From Planktothrix sp. GU0601_MAG3 (GTDB taxonomy: Bacteria; Cyanobacteriota; Cyanobacteriia; Cyanobacteriales; Microcoleaceae): a stretch of 64,000 nucleotides of DNA. Below are positions 36,962 to 48,549 of this stretch, piece by piece. The stretch is from positions 1,972,578-2,036,577 of the forward strand of contig CP136572.1 in the NCBI GenBank assembly GCA_035193785.1, read 5' to 3'. Below the pieces are notes generated by a model. The model did no database searches, was not told the DNA's origin, and saw nothing but the letters and a program-made list of their open reading frames with translations. The position numbers were made by a program, and so were the translations under genes. Position 1 is the stretch's first letter. The number at the start of each line of letters is the position of its first letter.

Positions 36962-37735
36962 CTAGGGTTTAGATTGATAATCAGAATTACTCAACGTTGT
37001 TTCTGGCGCAAAGGGAGCTTCTACAATTTGTTGGTTAATTTTAATAGAAGTGAGAAACTCTTTCCATAATTCCGGTTCAACGTTTCGCAATTGAGCCATG
37101 ATCATTAAGGTATCTTGCCAGAGGTTTTCTCGAGCATAAAGTTCAGCTTTTTTTAAGGGACTTTGAGCTTTTTCTATTTCATTTTTGAATGTAGGATTGA
37201 GTTCATTTCGCTGAATAGAAACCTTCAAAGTATCAATAAATTCTTGTTCCTCCGTTCCACAGGTAATCGAAAACATCCATTGATATTGACTTCCGGTTTC
37301 TAAGGTGACGGTTTCAGGGAGTTGAATCTGTACAATACTTGGTTTTAAAGGAAGTTGCACGACCGTCGTGTAAACATCTTTGCCCTGTTGATTAATCAGA
37401 ACAAATTCACCCGTTTTTACCTTAGATTCAGGCACATAAACAAAAAATGTGGGACGAGCAGAAACCGTTGAGGTCTTCCGACTGGGGACTAAGGCGGTCA
37501 TTTTTGTATTTCCTATACCACACTCACTGGCGGAAATGGTTTCACCCCCTCGGGTTCCTCCTCCAGCCGTACTCACTGGCCCATCTCCATCGGGTGTGGG
37601 GGGAAATTGCAAACTGATTTGCATGGGGGTATTGACAGGATTGTTCACCAGTGGAGCCATAGTCGCGAGACTCGCAGCAGTCGGTAATAGAATGCCCAAA
37701 ATCAGACTGGAAAAACCAACAGACTTGATAACCAT
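36962..37735 (-). CDS. DUF928 domain secreted protein
   Basis: Signal peptide, GGGTRG, ALVP, PTFFVYVP, YQWMFSITC, YARENLWQDTL. Confidence 0.85.
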   Translation of the reverse strand: MVIKSVGFSSLILGILLPTAASLATMAPLVNNPVNTPMQISLQFPPTPDGDGPVSTAGGGTRGGETISASECGIGNTKMTALVPSRKTSTVSARPTFFVYVPESKVKTGEFVLINQQGKDVYTTVVQLPLKPSIVQIQLPETVTLETGSQYQWMFSITCGTEEQEFIDTLKVSIQRNELNPTFKNEIEKAQSPLKKAELYARENLWQDTLMIMAQLRNVEPELWKEFLTSIKINQQIVEAPFAPETTLSNSDYQSKP

Positions 37736-37930
37736 GAGATTATGCCTCTTTAAATATCCATTGTAATGATCCCTAAGATGCACTATCGGGATCAAAAAAT
37801 CTATATCCTTTTTTTTGCGAGTTTCCACACCAAATCAGTAGATGACGGGGACTTACTCCTCCGAGACTGTTTAATCACTTCAGAAGTTGCCAAAAGGCTA
37901 TTTTTTTAAGAAGATTTATATAATATTTTG

Positions 37931-38431
37931 GAGTCTAAAATTCTAAATATCCCCACCGTTTGGGCTAAGTTTGTCGAAGCCTACAATAATAGAGTCTAAA
38001 ATTCTAAATATCCCCACCGTTCGGGCTGAGTTTGTCGAAGCCTACAATAATAGAGTCTAAAATTCTAAATATCCTCACCGTTCGGGCTGAGTTTGTCGAA
38101 GCCTACAATAATAGAGTCTAAAATTCTAAATATCCTCACCGTTCGGGCTGAGTTTGTCGAAGCCTACAATAATAGAGTCTAAAATTCTAAATATCCCCAC
38201 CGTTCGGGCTGAGTTTGTCGAAGCCTTCAATAATAGAGTCTAAAATTCTAAATATCCCCACCGTTCGGGCTGAGTTTGTCGAAGCCTACAATAATAGAGT
38301 CTAAAATTCTAAATATCCCCACCGTTCGGGCTGAGTTTGTCGAAGCCTACAATAATAGAGTCTAAAATTCTAAATATCCCCACCGTTCGGGCTGAGTTTG
38401 TCGAAGCCTTCAATAATAGAGTCTAAAATTC
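37931..38431 (+). repeat. Tandem array, 8 full units plus a partial one of a 61-bp repeat, directly upstream of a GIY-YIG gene
   Basis: Unit gagtctaaaattctaaatatccccaccgttcgggctgagtttgtcgaagcctacaataata at 37931, 37992, 38053, 38114, 38175, 38236, 38297, 38358 (partial at 38419). Confidence 0.95.
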
Positions 38432-38452
38432 CCATCTTTGAGGACTAAAATC

Positions 38453-38824
38453 ATGTCATTTTGGGTTTATATCCTCCGTTGTGCAGACGGTAGCTATTAC
38501 ACGGGACATACTGACAATCTTGACCAGCGATTTGCTGAACATACAACTGGAGCTATAGCATCCTGCTACACCTATCAGCGTCGCCCTGTAGAATTAGTCT
38601 TTTCTCAGGAATTTGCAACCAGGGAAGAGGCGTTGGCTTCGGAGCGTCAAATTAAGGGGTGGAGCCGGAAGAAGAAGGAAGCTATGATGCTTGGAGATTG
38701 GGCTGAGGTGTCACGTCTGGCTCGCTCTTACTCTGCTCAAATCCCAAATCACAACGTTCAGACTTCGATAAACTCAGGCCAAATGTCCTTCGACAAGCTC
38801 AGGACGAACGGGGAGGATATTTGA
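38453..38824 (+). CDS. Small GIY-YIG nuclease (UPF0213/YhbQ-like)
   Basis: WVYILRCADGSYYTGHT, RFAEH, ERQIKGWSRKKK; RBS gagga 8 nt upstream of the ATG. Confidence 0.92.
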   Translation: MSFWVYILRCADGSYYTGHTDNLDQRFAEHTTGAIASCYTYQRRPVELVFSQEFATREEALASERQIKGWSRKKKEAMMLGDWAEVSRLARSYSAQIPNHNVQTSINSGQMSFDKLRTNGEDI

Positions 38825-38894
38825 TACTCCTGAATATTCCGGCGACTCTCTAATTTCTCCAAACGACAAGCTCAGGACGAACGGGGAGGATATT
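38763..38894 (-). repeat. Three inverted copies of the array core motif at the 3' end of, and downstream of, the GIY-YIG gene
   Basis: cttcgataaactcaggcc (38763), cttcgacaagctcaggacgaacggggaggatattt (38788), cgacaagctcaggacgaacggggaggatatt (38864); near reverse complements of aaatatccccaccgttcgggctgagtttgtcgaag. Confidence 0.85.
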
Positions 38895-38905
38895 GCAAGA
38901 TAGAT

Positions 38906-41635
38906 TTAATCTTGAATTCCTCGCCATTCTCCTTGTAAAGTAAACCCTGACCAATAGTAGGGGGGTACCCATCCTGAATCGTTTTGCATCTGAATTTGAG
39001 CCTGTCGTAAAGCCGCCCCAGGAGCTAATCCTTCCTCTAATATTCCTTTATAAAATTTAACCATTAATTCGGCTGTTGATTGGTCATCAACTTTCCATAA
39101 ACTCACCACCACTCGACTTGCTCCCGCATACATAAATCCCCTAGTTAAACCAACTAATCCTTCCCCTTTGATCTCTTGACCTAATCCTGTTTCACAGGCA
39201 CTTAATACCACTAATTCTGCGGGTAAACTTAGGTTAAAGATATCATAAAGTCGTAAAAATCCATTCTGAGATTCTCCATTTTGATTAACTAAAGAAAAAA
39301 CTAAACCTGATAACTGAGGATTTTCACTATTGAGTAAACCATGGGTGGCAAAATGCACAAAACGGTATTGACTTAATTGGGGATTGGTTGCGGTTTCTCG
39401 ACTAGCATTAAAACCCACTTCTTGTAAACTATTGTCTTCAGGAACTAACCCTAAAATTTGGTTTGCTTCTTCTTGGGTAAAGGGTAAACGATCAAATAAA
39501 ACCCCCGATTCTCTGGCGGAACGTTCTAAATCTGGAGGAAGCGCTTTCAGTGCTTGAAGAACAACGGATTTTAAGCGATCATCTGTGGAAGCAAATACGG
39601 GATCAGCTAATACAGCTAAGAGTTTTTCTGGGGGTTTTCGATTTTGATTTTCTTCCCGCATAATTCCCAAAACTGAAGCCGAAGGTAGGGTTAATAATTC
39701 ATGATTTATAATTAAAGGAATCGCCTCGCTATCCCCAGGGGCTCCCGGTTCGGGAAGGGCGGCAAAAGGAACATATTGTAATGCACCATCGGCGACAATC
39801 AATAATCGTTTATTTTTTAAGGATGGGATTAAGGGGAAAGCAATTTGGGTCAGGGCTTTTCCCGTTTCTTCGTATAGCGATCGCCGCAATCTTTTACTAG
39901 GTAAAATCAGATTATCTCTAAAGTTTTTAACGGCGGTTTCAATAGTTTTTTCTGGGGGTAATTCATAACTTTTGATAGAATTAGGAGTAACGGCCCATAA
40001 ATAACTGCGTTCTTTGCCGACGGCATATTCTAATAAAACCGTCTGGTCATCTAATAACTTTTGAATCCCAGTTAGAGTTAAGGGTTGGGGTTGAGTTAAG
40101 GTGGCATAATGGGGATTATTTACCCGAATGGTATCTAAAACTTGGCTATAGTCTTGGAGTAAGATTTCAATTTCTTGGTTGAGTTCCTGTTTCTGTTGAT
40201 TCGTATGGGGCTGACTCAAAAGTTTAACTCGCTGTTCTTCTAAAGTCGATAATTTTTGTTTTAAGGTTTGTTTTTTAGTTAAAAGTTGGGGGTCAATTCC
40301 CGAGGTCACTTCTCCTTGAGCTTGAGCTAAAATATCTAATAGGGATCTAGCCTTTGCTCGTTCACTAATTTGTAAGGCTTTTCCATCCCATCCTTGATTC
40401 GGTTGTTGTTGATTCAGTTGCATTAACAAATCAATATAGAATTGGTAATAGTCCTGTTTAGATGCTAAAAAAGAGGCTCTTAAGTCTTGACTATTAATCT
40501 TAGTTCGTAAATCTTCAACAATAGTTAAAGCCGTTTCAATTTGGGCGATCGCCTCTGCAAAATTACCCTTTTTTCGTTCAACTGTCGCCACTCGATATCG
40601 AGATAAGGCTTCTTTTGGTTGATCGCCGATTTCTTGACGAATTTTTAAAGATTGATGATATAATTCTAAGGATTTCTCTAACTTGTTTTGCTGAAAATAA
40701 ATAAACCCGATATTATTTAGGGTACTGGCTTCTCCGGTGCGATCGCCAATTTTCTGCCAGAAATTTAAGGCTTGATTATAGGTTTCTAAAGCTGAATCTA
40801 ATCGATTCAAATTTGCATAAACAAAACCAATATTATTTAAGGTTGCGCCTTTCCCACGCTGCACGTTAACCGCCACACTATCCCCAAATTTATTAATAAC
40901 TTCTTCCCATAAAGCCAAGGCTTGTTGATTATGCTTGAGGGCGACTTCAAACCGATTTAATTCCGACTCCACCTGGGCAATATTATTTAAAACCGCCGCT
41001 ACATTCGTAGGGTTTCCTAAAGGTTTAACCCCAACCAAGGCTTGATTATAATAATTTAGAGCTTGTTGAAATTCTCCTAAATTAAAATAAATCAAAGCCA
41101 TCTCATTTAAAGTGGCGATTTCTCCGGTTTTAAAATTAGTTTTTTGCCATAAAGGGAAGGTTTGATTTAGAGTATCTAAGGCTTTTTGATATTCCCCTAA
41201 TTGACCATAAATCTTAGCGATAGAAATTAACGTTGTGGCTTGGGTTTGTTGATCTTCCAAGGTTTGAGTTAAAACCAATAATTGATTATAACAATTAATC
41301 GCTTTGGGATATTCTCCTAAACTACTATAAACAGAACATAAAAAATTACGAGTCATCAATTCCTGCTGAGGGTTATTAGCTTCTCGCCCCAGACGTAACC
41401 CTTCTTCCCATTGTTGAATCGCCCCCCGAAAGCCAGCTATCGTCCCCTCTCGATAACGTTTTATCCCTTGATTAAAGATATCTTCTGCCTTAGAATTAGA
41501 ATTAGTGATTTCTGTAGATTGCCCTTCCCTTGCGATCGCCGGGAGAAGGATTCCAGAAACTAAAAAAGACCCCAGAATCAGGAGGCAAAACCAGGCCAAC
41601 AAAAATTGATTTCTGCGTCTATTACTGTGTATCAT
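38906..41635 (-). CDS. TPR + CHAT domain protein (caspase-HetF family protease)
   Basis: Signal/TM N-terminus, TLNNIG TPRs, HFATHG and LSACETG dyad, YYWSGF. Confidence 0.92.
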   Translation of the reverse strand: MIHSNRRRNQFLLAWFCLLILGSFLVSGILLPAIAREGQSTEITNSNSKAEDIFNQGIKRYREGTIAGFRGAIQQWEEGLRLGREANNPQQELMTRNFLCSVYSSLGEYPKAINCYNQLLVLTQTLEDQQTQATTLISIAKIYGQLGEYQKALDTLNQTFPLWQKTNFKTGEIATLNEMALIYFNLGEFQQALNYYNQALVGVKPLGNPTNVAAVLNNIAQVESELNRFEVALKHNQQALALWEEVINKFGDSVAVNVQRGKGATLNNIGFVYANLNRLDSALETYNQALNFWQKIGDRTGEASTLNNIGFIYFQQNKLEKSLELYHQSLKIRQEIGDQPKEALSRYRVATVERKKGNFAEAIAQIETALTIVEDLRTKINSQDLRASFLASKQDYYQFYIDLLMQLNQQQPNQGWDGKALQISERAKARSLLDILAQAQGEVTSGIDPQLLTKKQTLKQKLSTLEEQRVKLLSQPHTNQQKQELNQEIEILLQDYSQVLDTIRVNNPHYATLTQPQPLTLTGIQKLLDDQTVLLEYAVGKERSYLWAVTPNSIKSYELPPEKTIETAVKNFRDNLILPSKRLRRSLYEETGKALTQIAFPLIPSLKNKRLLIVADGALQYVPFAALPEPGAPGDSEAIPLIINHELLTLPSASVLGIMREENQNRKPPEKLLAVLADPVFASTDDRLKSVVLQALKALPPDLERSARESGVLFDRLPFTQEEANQILGLVPEDNSLQEVGFNASRETATNPQLSQYRFVHFATHGLLNSENPQLSGLVFSLVNQNGESQNGFLRLYDIFNLSLPAELVVLSACETGLGQEIKGEGLVGLTRGFMYAGASRVVVSLWKVDDQSTAELMVKFYKGILEEGLAPGAALRQAQIQMQNDSGWVPPYYWSGFTLQGEWRGIQD

Positions 41636-41784
41636 AATTTAATTCCTGCTTAAACTCAATTTTTGAGGATCAGGTTGTTAAAAGTTTATGATCAATAATT
41701 ATGATCAATAATAGGGATTATCTTACCCTGATCCGTGATCAAGAGTTTCTAATTATTGAAAGTTTCTCATTTTCTTCTTAACTT

Positions 41785-42562
41785 ATGTTCACGATTCCTA
41801 TTTTTTCTGCATCATTTCTGAGTTTCTCAACCTAATCGGGACTGGAAGCTAATTTTAAAGGGTTTCAGCGCTGGAGTTTCCCTAGTTTTGAGTCTGGGAC
41901 TGTTTCAAAGACCAACGCTTGCTCAAATTGATCTTGCCATCATCCTAGAAATTATCGATGGAGATCAAGTTTTTATTCAAGAAAATCAAGCTAAAGTAGA
42001 AGACCAAGCGGAATTGGGACAAATTATTGTCACAAAAGAATCTCGCGCTGGGGTTATATTTAATAATGGTGCATCGGGACGCATGAATACTAACTCCCAA
42101 ATTGCCGTCGGTCAATGTGTAGAAATTAAACAGGGACAAATATTAGTTAGTGGCCCGGTTAATGGATGTATTGCTGGGCTGACTGTTGGTGTTCAAGGAA
42201 CAATTTATATCATGGAAATGACCGATGGAAAAACAGGTAATATTAAAGTTTTAGAAGGCACTGTGGAAGTCACCTCCGCCGATGGAACAGGAGAACCCAT
42301 ACAAGTTACCGAAGGACAAAAAGTATCTATTTTCCAGGGCATTTTAAGTCAAGTGATTCCCATGACTCCAGAAGAAATATCCTCTATTTTACTCGGTGAA
42401 TTATTCTCCGGGTTTAATATTCCTATTACTCCCCAAGGATTATTATCTTCCGTTTGTTCTCGTCTTTTACCCGGGTTTACCTGTTCCCAAAATGGGATTC
42501 CCACCCCAGCCATTCCCACCCCTCCTATTCCAACGCCTCCAATTCCACGTTTACCATTTTAA
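41785..42562 (+). CDS. FecR-like domain secreted protein (5' part frameshifted; start uncertain)
   Basis: SRAGVIFNNG, VGVQGT, IKVLEGTVEV; Pro-rich tail. Confidence 0.6.
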
Positions 42563-42641
42563 ATGATTAATAGGTAATAGCTAATAAACTGGTAACTGAT
42601 GACTGATGTAATAATGATAGAATCTATAACTGTAAACAATT

Positions 42642-44529
42642 GTGCCAAAAAATATGACTCCATCTAATCCAGAAGATAGTATAATTATGACTGAATCGAC
42701 TCATCCCTATACTGCCCTGATCACCGAACTATATCAACAGGCGATTAAATTTCAGGAAAGTGAGAATTTTGCCGAAGCGATCGCTTGTTACCAAAAACTA
42801 ATTAATATTGAACCTAAATTAGTCTTAGGATATCAAAGGATTGGCAGTCTTTCCCTAAAAACCCAAGAATTTGAACAGGCAATTGCAGCTTATCAAAAAT
42901 TAATTGAATTGAGTCCCAATGAATTTTGGGCTTATAATAATTTAGGAGAAGCATTGCTAAAATTAAAGCGATGGGAAGAAGCTATTCCTATTTATGAAAA
43001 AGCGATTGAAATAGACCCGAATTGCTTTTGGGGTTATAATAGTTTAGGGGAATGTTTAATCCAAACTGGACAACTAGAAAAAGCCGTCCCTATTTATCAA
43101 AAAGCTATTGAATTAGATCCTGAATTTTGGGGAGTTTATCAAAAATTAGCAGAGGCATTAACCACTTTAGAAAAATGGGAAGAATCCATACCCATCTACC
43201 GCCGGGCTATTGAATTAAAACCAGACTTTTTTTGGTCGTATGTAAGTTTAGGAAAAGCCTTAATTCAGTTAGAAAGATGGCAAGAGGCGATTCCCGTTTG
43301 TCAACAGGCGATTTCTATTGATCCTAGTTTCTTTTGGTCTTATATTAATTTAGCCGATTCCCTATTTAATTTAGGAAGATGGCCAGAAGCCATTGAAGTT
43401 TATACCACAGCTAATCAAATTAAATCGGATTTCTTTTGGTCTTATAAAAATTTAGGGGATGCCTTGATTCAATTGCAGCAATGGCAAGGTGCCATTCCGG
43501 TTTATCAACAAGCCTTAGAACTCAATTCCACTGAACCCTCATGCTATTATAACCTAGGTTTAGCCTATCTCAATTTACAACAAAACCCCGATGCTATTTC
43601 TGCTTTTAAAACCGCTTTAAAACTGAATCCAGATTATAGTTTAGCTCAAAAAAAATTAGACGAAATTATCGTAATTGATTCTCCCCCATCCCCCCATCAA
43701 CTCGAACCCATTGACTGGTTAAAATATTATCCTAAATCGGGACAAGCCCCCTCCTATTGTTTACCTAAAACCACAACTTTAGGCAAAAATCCCCAAACCG
43801 GAAAATGGCAATTTCCCGTTCCTCCTGAAGATTTGAGGTTAGTTTTTGTAGAGAATGAAGAATATTATCTCAACTCGGGGAAAACACAAGTTCAAGTCAT
43901 GTTAAGTATCTTGCGAGAGTGTGGATATTTCCTCAAAACCGGAAGCCGAATTTTAGATTTTGGTTGTGCATCGGGACGCATTCTTAGGGAGTTAGCTGAT
44001 TTATCGGATATTTGTGAAATTTGGGGGACGGATATTAGTGCCGATTGTATTGCTTGGTGTCAACAAAATATGAGTCCTCCCTTTCATTTTTTCGTCGGAA
44101 ACAACCCTACCCCATTTACCCTTTGAAGACCGCTATTTTGATTTAATTTATGCGGGTTCAGTCTTCACCCATATTGACGATTTAGCCGATGCCTGGTTGT
44201 TAGAACTCCGTCGGATTTTAAAACCCGGGGGACTGGCTTTTATTACGATTCAAGAAAGTTATATTTTTGATAAAATTAAAGAATCTCCTGAAGTCTGGCT
44301 TTCTAATAATAATGTCTGGCCGCCCGAACAAAAGTTAGCCTGTATTCAGAACTATTTTGAATATATTAATCAAGATTTTGCCATGTTTACCCTAGGACGG
44401 GATACCCGGTCTTTGGTGTTCTATGACGTGAATTATTTCCGCGAAAAATGGAAACCCTTTTTCCAAGTTTTAGCGGTTAAACAAGAAGCCTATTATTGGC
44501 AAACAGGAATTTTATTAAAGCGCCTTTAA
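42642..44529 (+). CDS. TPR protein fused to a class I SAM-dependent methyltransferase (frameshift near 44100)
   Basis: About 9 TPRs, ILDFGCASGR, then FDLIYAGSVFTH and LRRILKPGG in the shifted frame. Confidence 0.85.
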
Positions 44530-44588
44530 TCTTTATAACTAGGGAACAGGCAACAGGGAATTACCCATTTTTATATTGTTTTTATATC

Positions 44589-44689
44589 AGGACTTACGCA
44601 GAAACCGGGTTTCTGAAAGAGAAATCACCGATTTCATCCGCAAAATTAGGGCTAGAAACCCGGTTTCTTTGGTCTTGTGCGTAAGTCCT
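44589..44689. mobile_element. MITE-like element (101 bp) with 12-bp terminal inverted repeats and an internal agaaaccgggtttct palindrome pair
   Basis: aggacttacgca ... tgcgtaagtcct in an AT-rich context. Confidence 0.6.
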
Positions 44690-44753
44690 ATATATATAAT
44701 TTTTTTGATTGCAGAGGTAGAGACGTTAAATTTAACATCTCTACCCGGGTTTA

Positions 44754-46948
44754 CTAATGAATTAACTCAATAGCTCGTTTCGTCAACGCTTCAGAAGTAA
44801 TGCCATTAAATGCCATTAACTCCCCGGCACTGGCGGTGGTTTCGCCCCGTTTCCAAGCGAAAGTATCCCGATGAGAATTGCTGCGTAACATAATCGGTTC
44901 TAACATCAAACTAGAACCACCTGTTACTCCAATTAAGGCATCTCCAGCAAACAGTTGATTAAAGGTTTCATCACTGGCAAAATCGTTATCGGGTTCGGAA
45001 CAAGTCTCGGATAAAACATCGTGAGAACGATATAAACGCCGAGGGTTAATAATAGAAACAATTCGGACTCCAATCCCTTCAGTTTCCAAAAATGCCGCCG
45101 CTTCAAACACCGGAATTAAGGTCATATCCCCAATCACCGCAAACACAACGGTTTTATCCCCTGGAACTTCCTGTAAGACCACCGCCCCATCTTTTAACCC
45201 TTGGCGAGTTTGCTCAAACGTCGTGCGGATGGGCAAGGGGGACTTACTGGCGGTAATAATAATGCTCTTGTTTTTGGTATTTAAAGCCCAGTCGTAGCAT
45301 ACTTGAATGCTGTTGGCATCGGGAGGAAACACCGGGAAAACATTGCCACTGCGCATCATCGCGGCAAAATAGGCCTCAATTTCGGGCCGTTGGTGTGTCC
45401 AACCATTGCGACCCTGTTCCAACGCTCCGGCGGTGAATAAACACACCGTTGAGGGGGTGGCCCGCCGTAACTCGGCCATGGCTTGGGCGACGGTTTGCAA
45501 AACTGGCACACCGTTAATCGCAAAAGACTCGTAGGAAACACCATAAAGTTCGGGCTCCTAATAGGGATAATCCCACCGCTAACCCGGCACAAGCATCCTC
45601 ACTTAAGGGTTCATAAACTTGCCCCTGGGGTTGTTGGAAATAAATATTATCCGTTGTCGGGTGAATAATCTTTAATCCTTGGTTAATATTGTTAATTCCA
45701 GAAGCCGCATTTCCATCAGCATTGGTCACAATAAAATGGGGATCTTTTTGCCCAACATGAACAACTAACGCCCCCATTGCGGTTGTGGAAACCTTGGGAT
45801 CTCCGCCAACTGGATATTCTTCTAGGGGTAATTCTCCCAGATCCGCTAAAGGATAATCAAACTCAGTGACAACGGTTTTGGCTGCTGGGCCACCACTGGA
45901 GCGTTCTAAATTTGTCCGCACTAATTCCCAAGCCGCCACAGGTAAGGCCCGTTCTTTTAAAGCGTTAATAATATGGGGACTATCTAGGGTATCTCCCGGA
46001 TAAAGGTTGTGGGATTTTGCTCCGAGGGCGTGAACTCCGGCGCCTTTTAATTGTTTAATAATAAACACGGTTAATTGACCCCCCAAAGCCAATTTTGCCG
46101 CCTTATCCATGGCGACTAAAATGGCTTGGGTAAATTCAATTCGTTTGTTAATAGAAAAGGCGGTACTATCAACATAATCACCCGGTTGATTCTGATCATC
46201 AAAATCCTTAGCATTAACTAAAATTACTTCTGAAAATCCATTTCCTTTCCAGTAAGCAATCATTTCTGCATTGGTTTTCGTGGAAACCATACTATGATGC
46301 TCTTGACTATAACCATTCCAGACCAACACAGGCAAGAAATTAGTCACTTCTGGATAGGCGGTGTGGAAGTGCATCATGCTACTCATGGGGTAGGGTTCGC
46401 CCATGCCCCCATCGCCGAGAGTGAAGGGAAATAGGACATTTCGGTGTAACAGGGCGGCGGCCATGGCAAAATGTTGTCCCTGTCCCAAGGGCCCGGCGGG
46501 GTTGAGCAGACCGGGAATAAAGCCGGAAAGGTGGCCAAGCAGTCCATGTTTTTCGCGGAAGCGATCGCGCAATTGTTGGACGGTCACAATGCCCATATCT
46601 TCTAGGGAGCGATCCAAGAAACACCGCACTGTAAAACCCTGGCGCATGGTGTCCCACTTCCGTCATAATATTCTTATGGCCCAGCATCACCAAGGCGGCA
46701 TAAGCTTCGACACTGGAGGCAAATCCCCCCGGGTGTCCCGAGGCTTTGCTGGCGGTGATTTGTAAGGTTAAATACCGCAGGGCATCGGCATACAGCAGGG
46801 TTTGATAGGCGGCTTTAGTATCATGGGCATCGGCAATTGAGGCAGTATTTTCAGCAATAATTGGGCTATTCCCATAGTGGTCAAATTCAGGAAAACTGTC
46901 TTTAAAATACTGAATTCCTTGACAAAATTCTGGTATTGTTGTTGTCAT
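44754..46948 (-). CDS. Phosphoketolase (two frameshifts)
   Basis: SGHPGG, EVGHHAPG, GPLGQG, TPP motif GDGG...N, EPLSEDAC, GRNGWTHQRPE. Confidence 0.88.
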
Positions 46949-47187
46949 GTTTAATCCCTTCTCGGTAATTCTGATTTTTTGAGTTAATATTTATTTTACA
47001 ATTACTTGTCCCTAAAAATGATAGTATTTTCCAACTAGGGAAAAAAAAATCCAATCATTGATTAAAATAAATAGATATAAAACCCATCGGTTATTAGAGG
47101 TCTGGGAAATATTCAAACCCTATTGTAAATTTTTTCTATATCGTTACCATAGAATAAACTATAACCTAATTTGATCATTCTAAAACT

Positions 47188-48549
47188 TTGATTATGAATA
47201 CACAACTGCCCCCCGCATCCCCCCGTCCAGATCTATTAGAAAAAGTCTATTGGATTACTGATCCCCTCGATTATATGGATACCCATACCCAAAAATATGG
47301 AGATATTTTTAGTAATTATATTCTGGGGAAAAACACTCCTTGGGTTTTTGTAAGTGATCCCCAAGCTATTCAAAAAATATTAACCGATAATGTTTTTGAA
47401 GCTCCGGGTCATCTTAACAGAATTTTAGAGCCTTTAACCGGAGATAACTCTATCTTTATGTTAGAGGGCGATCGCCACAAACGAGAACGAAAATTATTAA
47501 TGCCATCCTTCCATGGGGAAAGAATGCGAGAGTATGGAGAATTAATCACGGATATTACCCAAAAAGTTATCGGTCAACTGTCTGAGGGACAGTCTTTTCT
47601 TGCCCGGGAAACCCTGCAACAAATTTCCTTAGATGTGATTCTAAAAGTTGTTTTTGGAGTCTATGCGGGAGATCGATATAGTCAGTTAAAACTTTTGTTA
47701 TCGGGAATATTAGACGTTTTTAAATCCCCTGTTAGTTCTAGTTTTTTATTCTTTCCAATTTTACAACAAAATTTAGGCCCCTGGAGTCCCTGGGGATATT
47801 TCTTAAAACAACGCCAACAAATTGACGAGTTATTATATACCGAAATTCGAGAACGTCGTGAAAACCCCGATCAATCTCGCCAGGATATTCTAAGTTTAAT
47901 GATAGCCGCCCGGGACGAAGAAGGCAACCCGATGACGGATCAAGAATTACGAGACGAATTATTAACGTTATTATTTGCCGGACATGAAACCACTGCTACG
48001 GCGATGTCCTGGGCATTATATTGGATTCATAGTCAGCCAGAAGTCTATGAAAAATTAATCCAAGAGTTAAAAAGTTTACCCCAAAATGCTGAGGGTATGG
48101 ATATTTTTCGCTTGCCCTATTTAACGGCAGTTTGTCAGGAAACCTTGCGAATTTATCCCGTGGCAATGTTAACATTTGCTCGAACTAATAAAGAATCAGT
48201 GGATTTAATGGGTTATCAATTACCGCCTAAAACTTTAGTGGTAGGTTGTATTTATTTAACCCATCGACGGGAAGACTTATATCCGCAAGCGAATCAATTT
48301 AAACCGGAACGTTTTTTAGAACGTAAGTTTTCTCCCTATGAATTTCTTCCCTTTGGTGGCGGTAGTCGTTTATGTATAGGAATGGCCTTAGCTCAATATG
48401 AAATGAAGTTAGTTTTAGCCACAATTTTATTGAATTATGAGTTAATTTTGTTGGAAAAACAACCCGTAAAAGCGGTGCGTCGAGGGGTGACTTTAGCCCC
48501 CAAAGGTGGGATCAAAATGCAACTGCTAAAAAAACTTCTACAACCGTAA
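47188..48549 (+). CDS. Cytochrome P450 (CYP110-like)
   Basis: AGHETT, ETLR, PERF, FGGGSRLCIG heme motif. Confidence 0.95.
   Translation: MIMNTQLPPASPRPDLLEKVYWITDPLDYMDTHTQKYGDIFSNYILGKNTPWVFVSDPQAIQKILTDNVFEAPGHLNRILEPLTGDNSIFMLEGDRHKRERKLLMPSFHGERMREYGELITDITQKVIGQLSEGQSFLARETLQQISLDVILKVVFGVYAGDRYSQLKLLLSGILDVFKSPVSSSFLFFPILQQNLGPWSPWGYFLKQRQQIDELLYTEIRERRENPDQSRQDILSLMIAARDEEGNPMTDQELRDELLTLLFAGHETTATAMSWALYWIHSQPEVYEKLIQELKSLPQNAEGMDIFRLPYLTAVCQETLRIYPVAMLTFARTNKESVDLMGYQLPPKTLVVGCIYLTHRREDLYPQANQFKPERFLERKFSPYEFLPFGGGSRLCIGMALAQYEMKLVLATILLNYELILLEKQPVKAVRRGVTLAPKGGIKMQLLKKLLQP

Noticed and set aside
37931..38431. Possible CRISPR array next to a nuclease
   Set aside because: Whole 61-bp units are near-identical with no variable spacers, so it is a tandem repeat.
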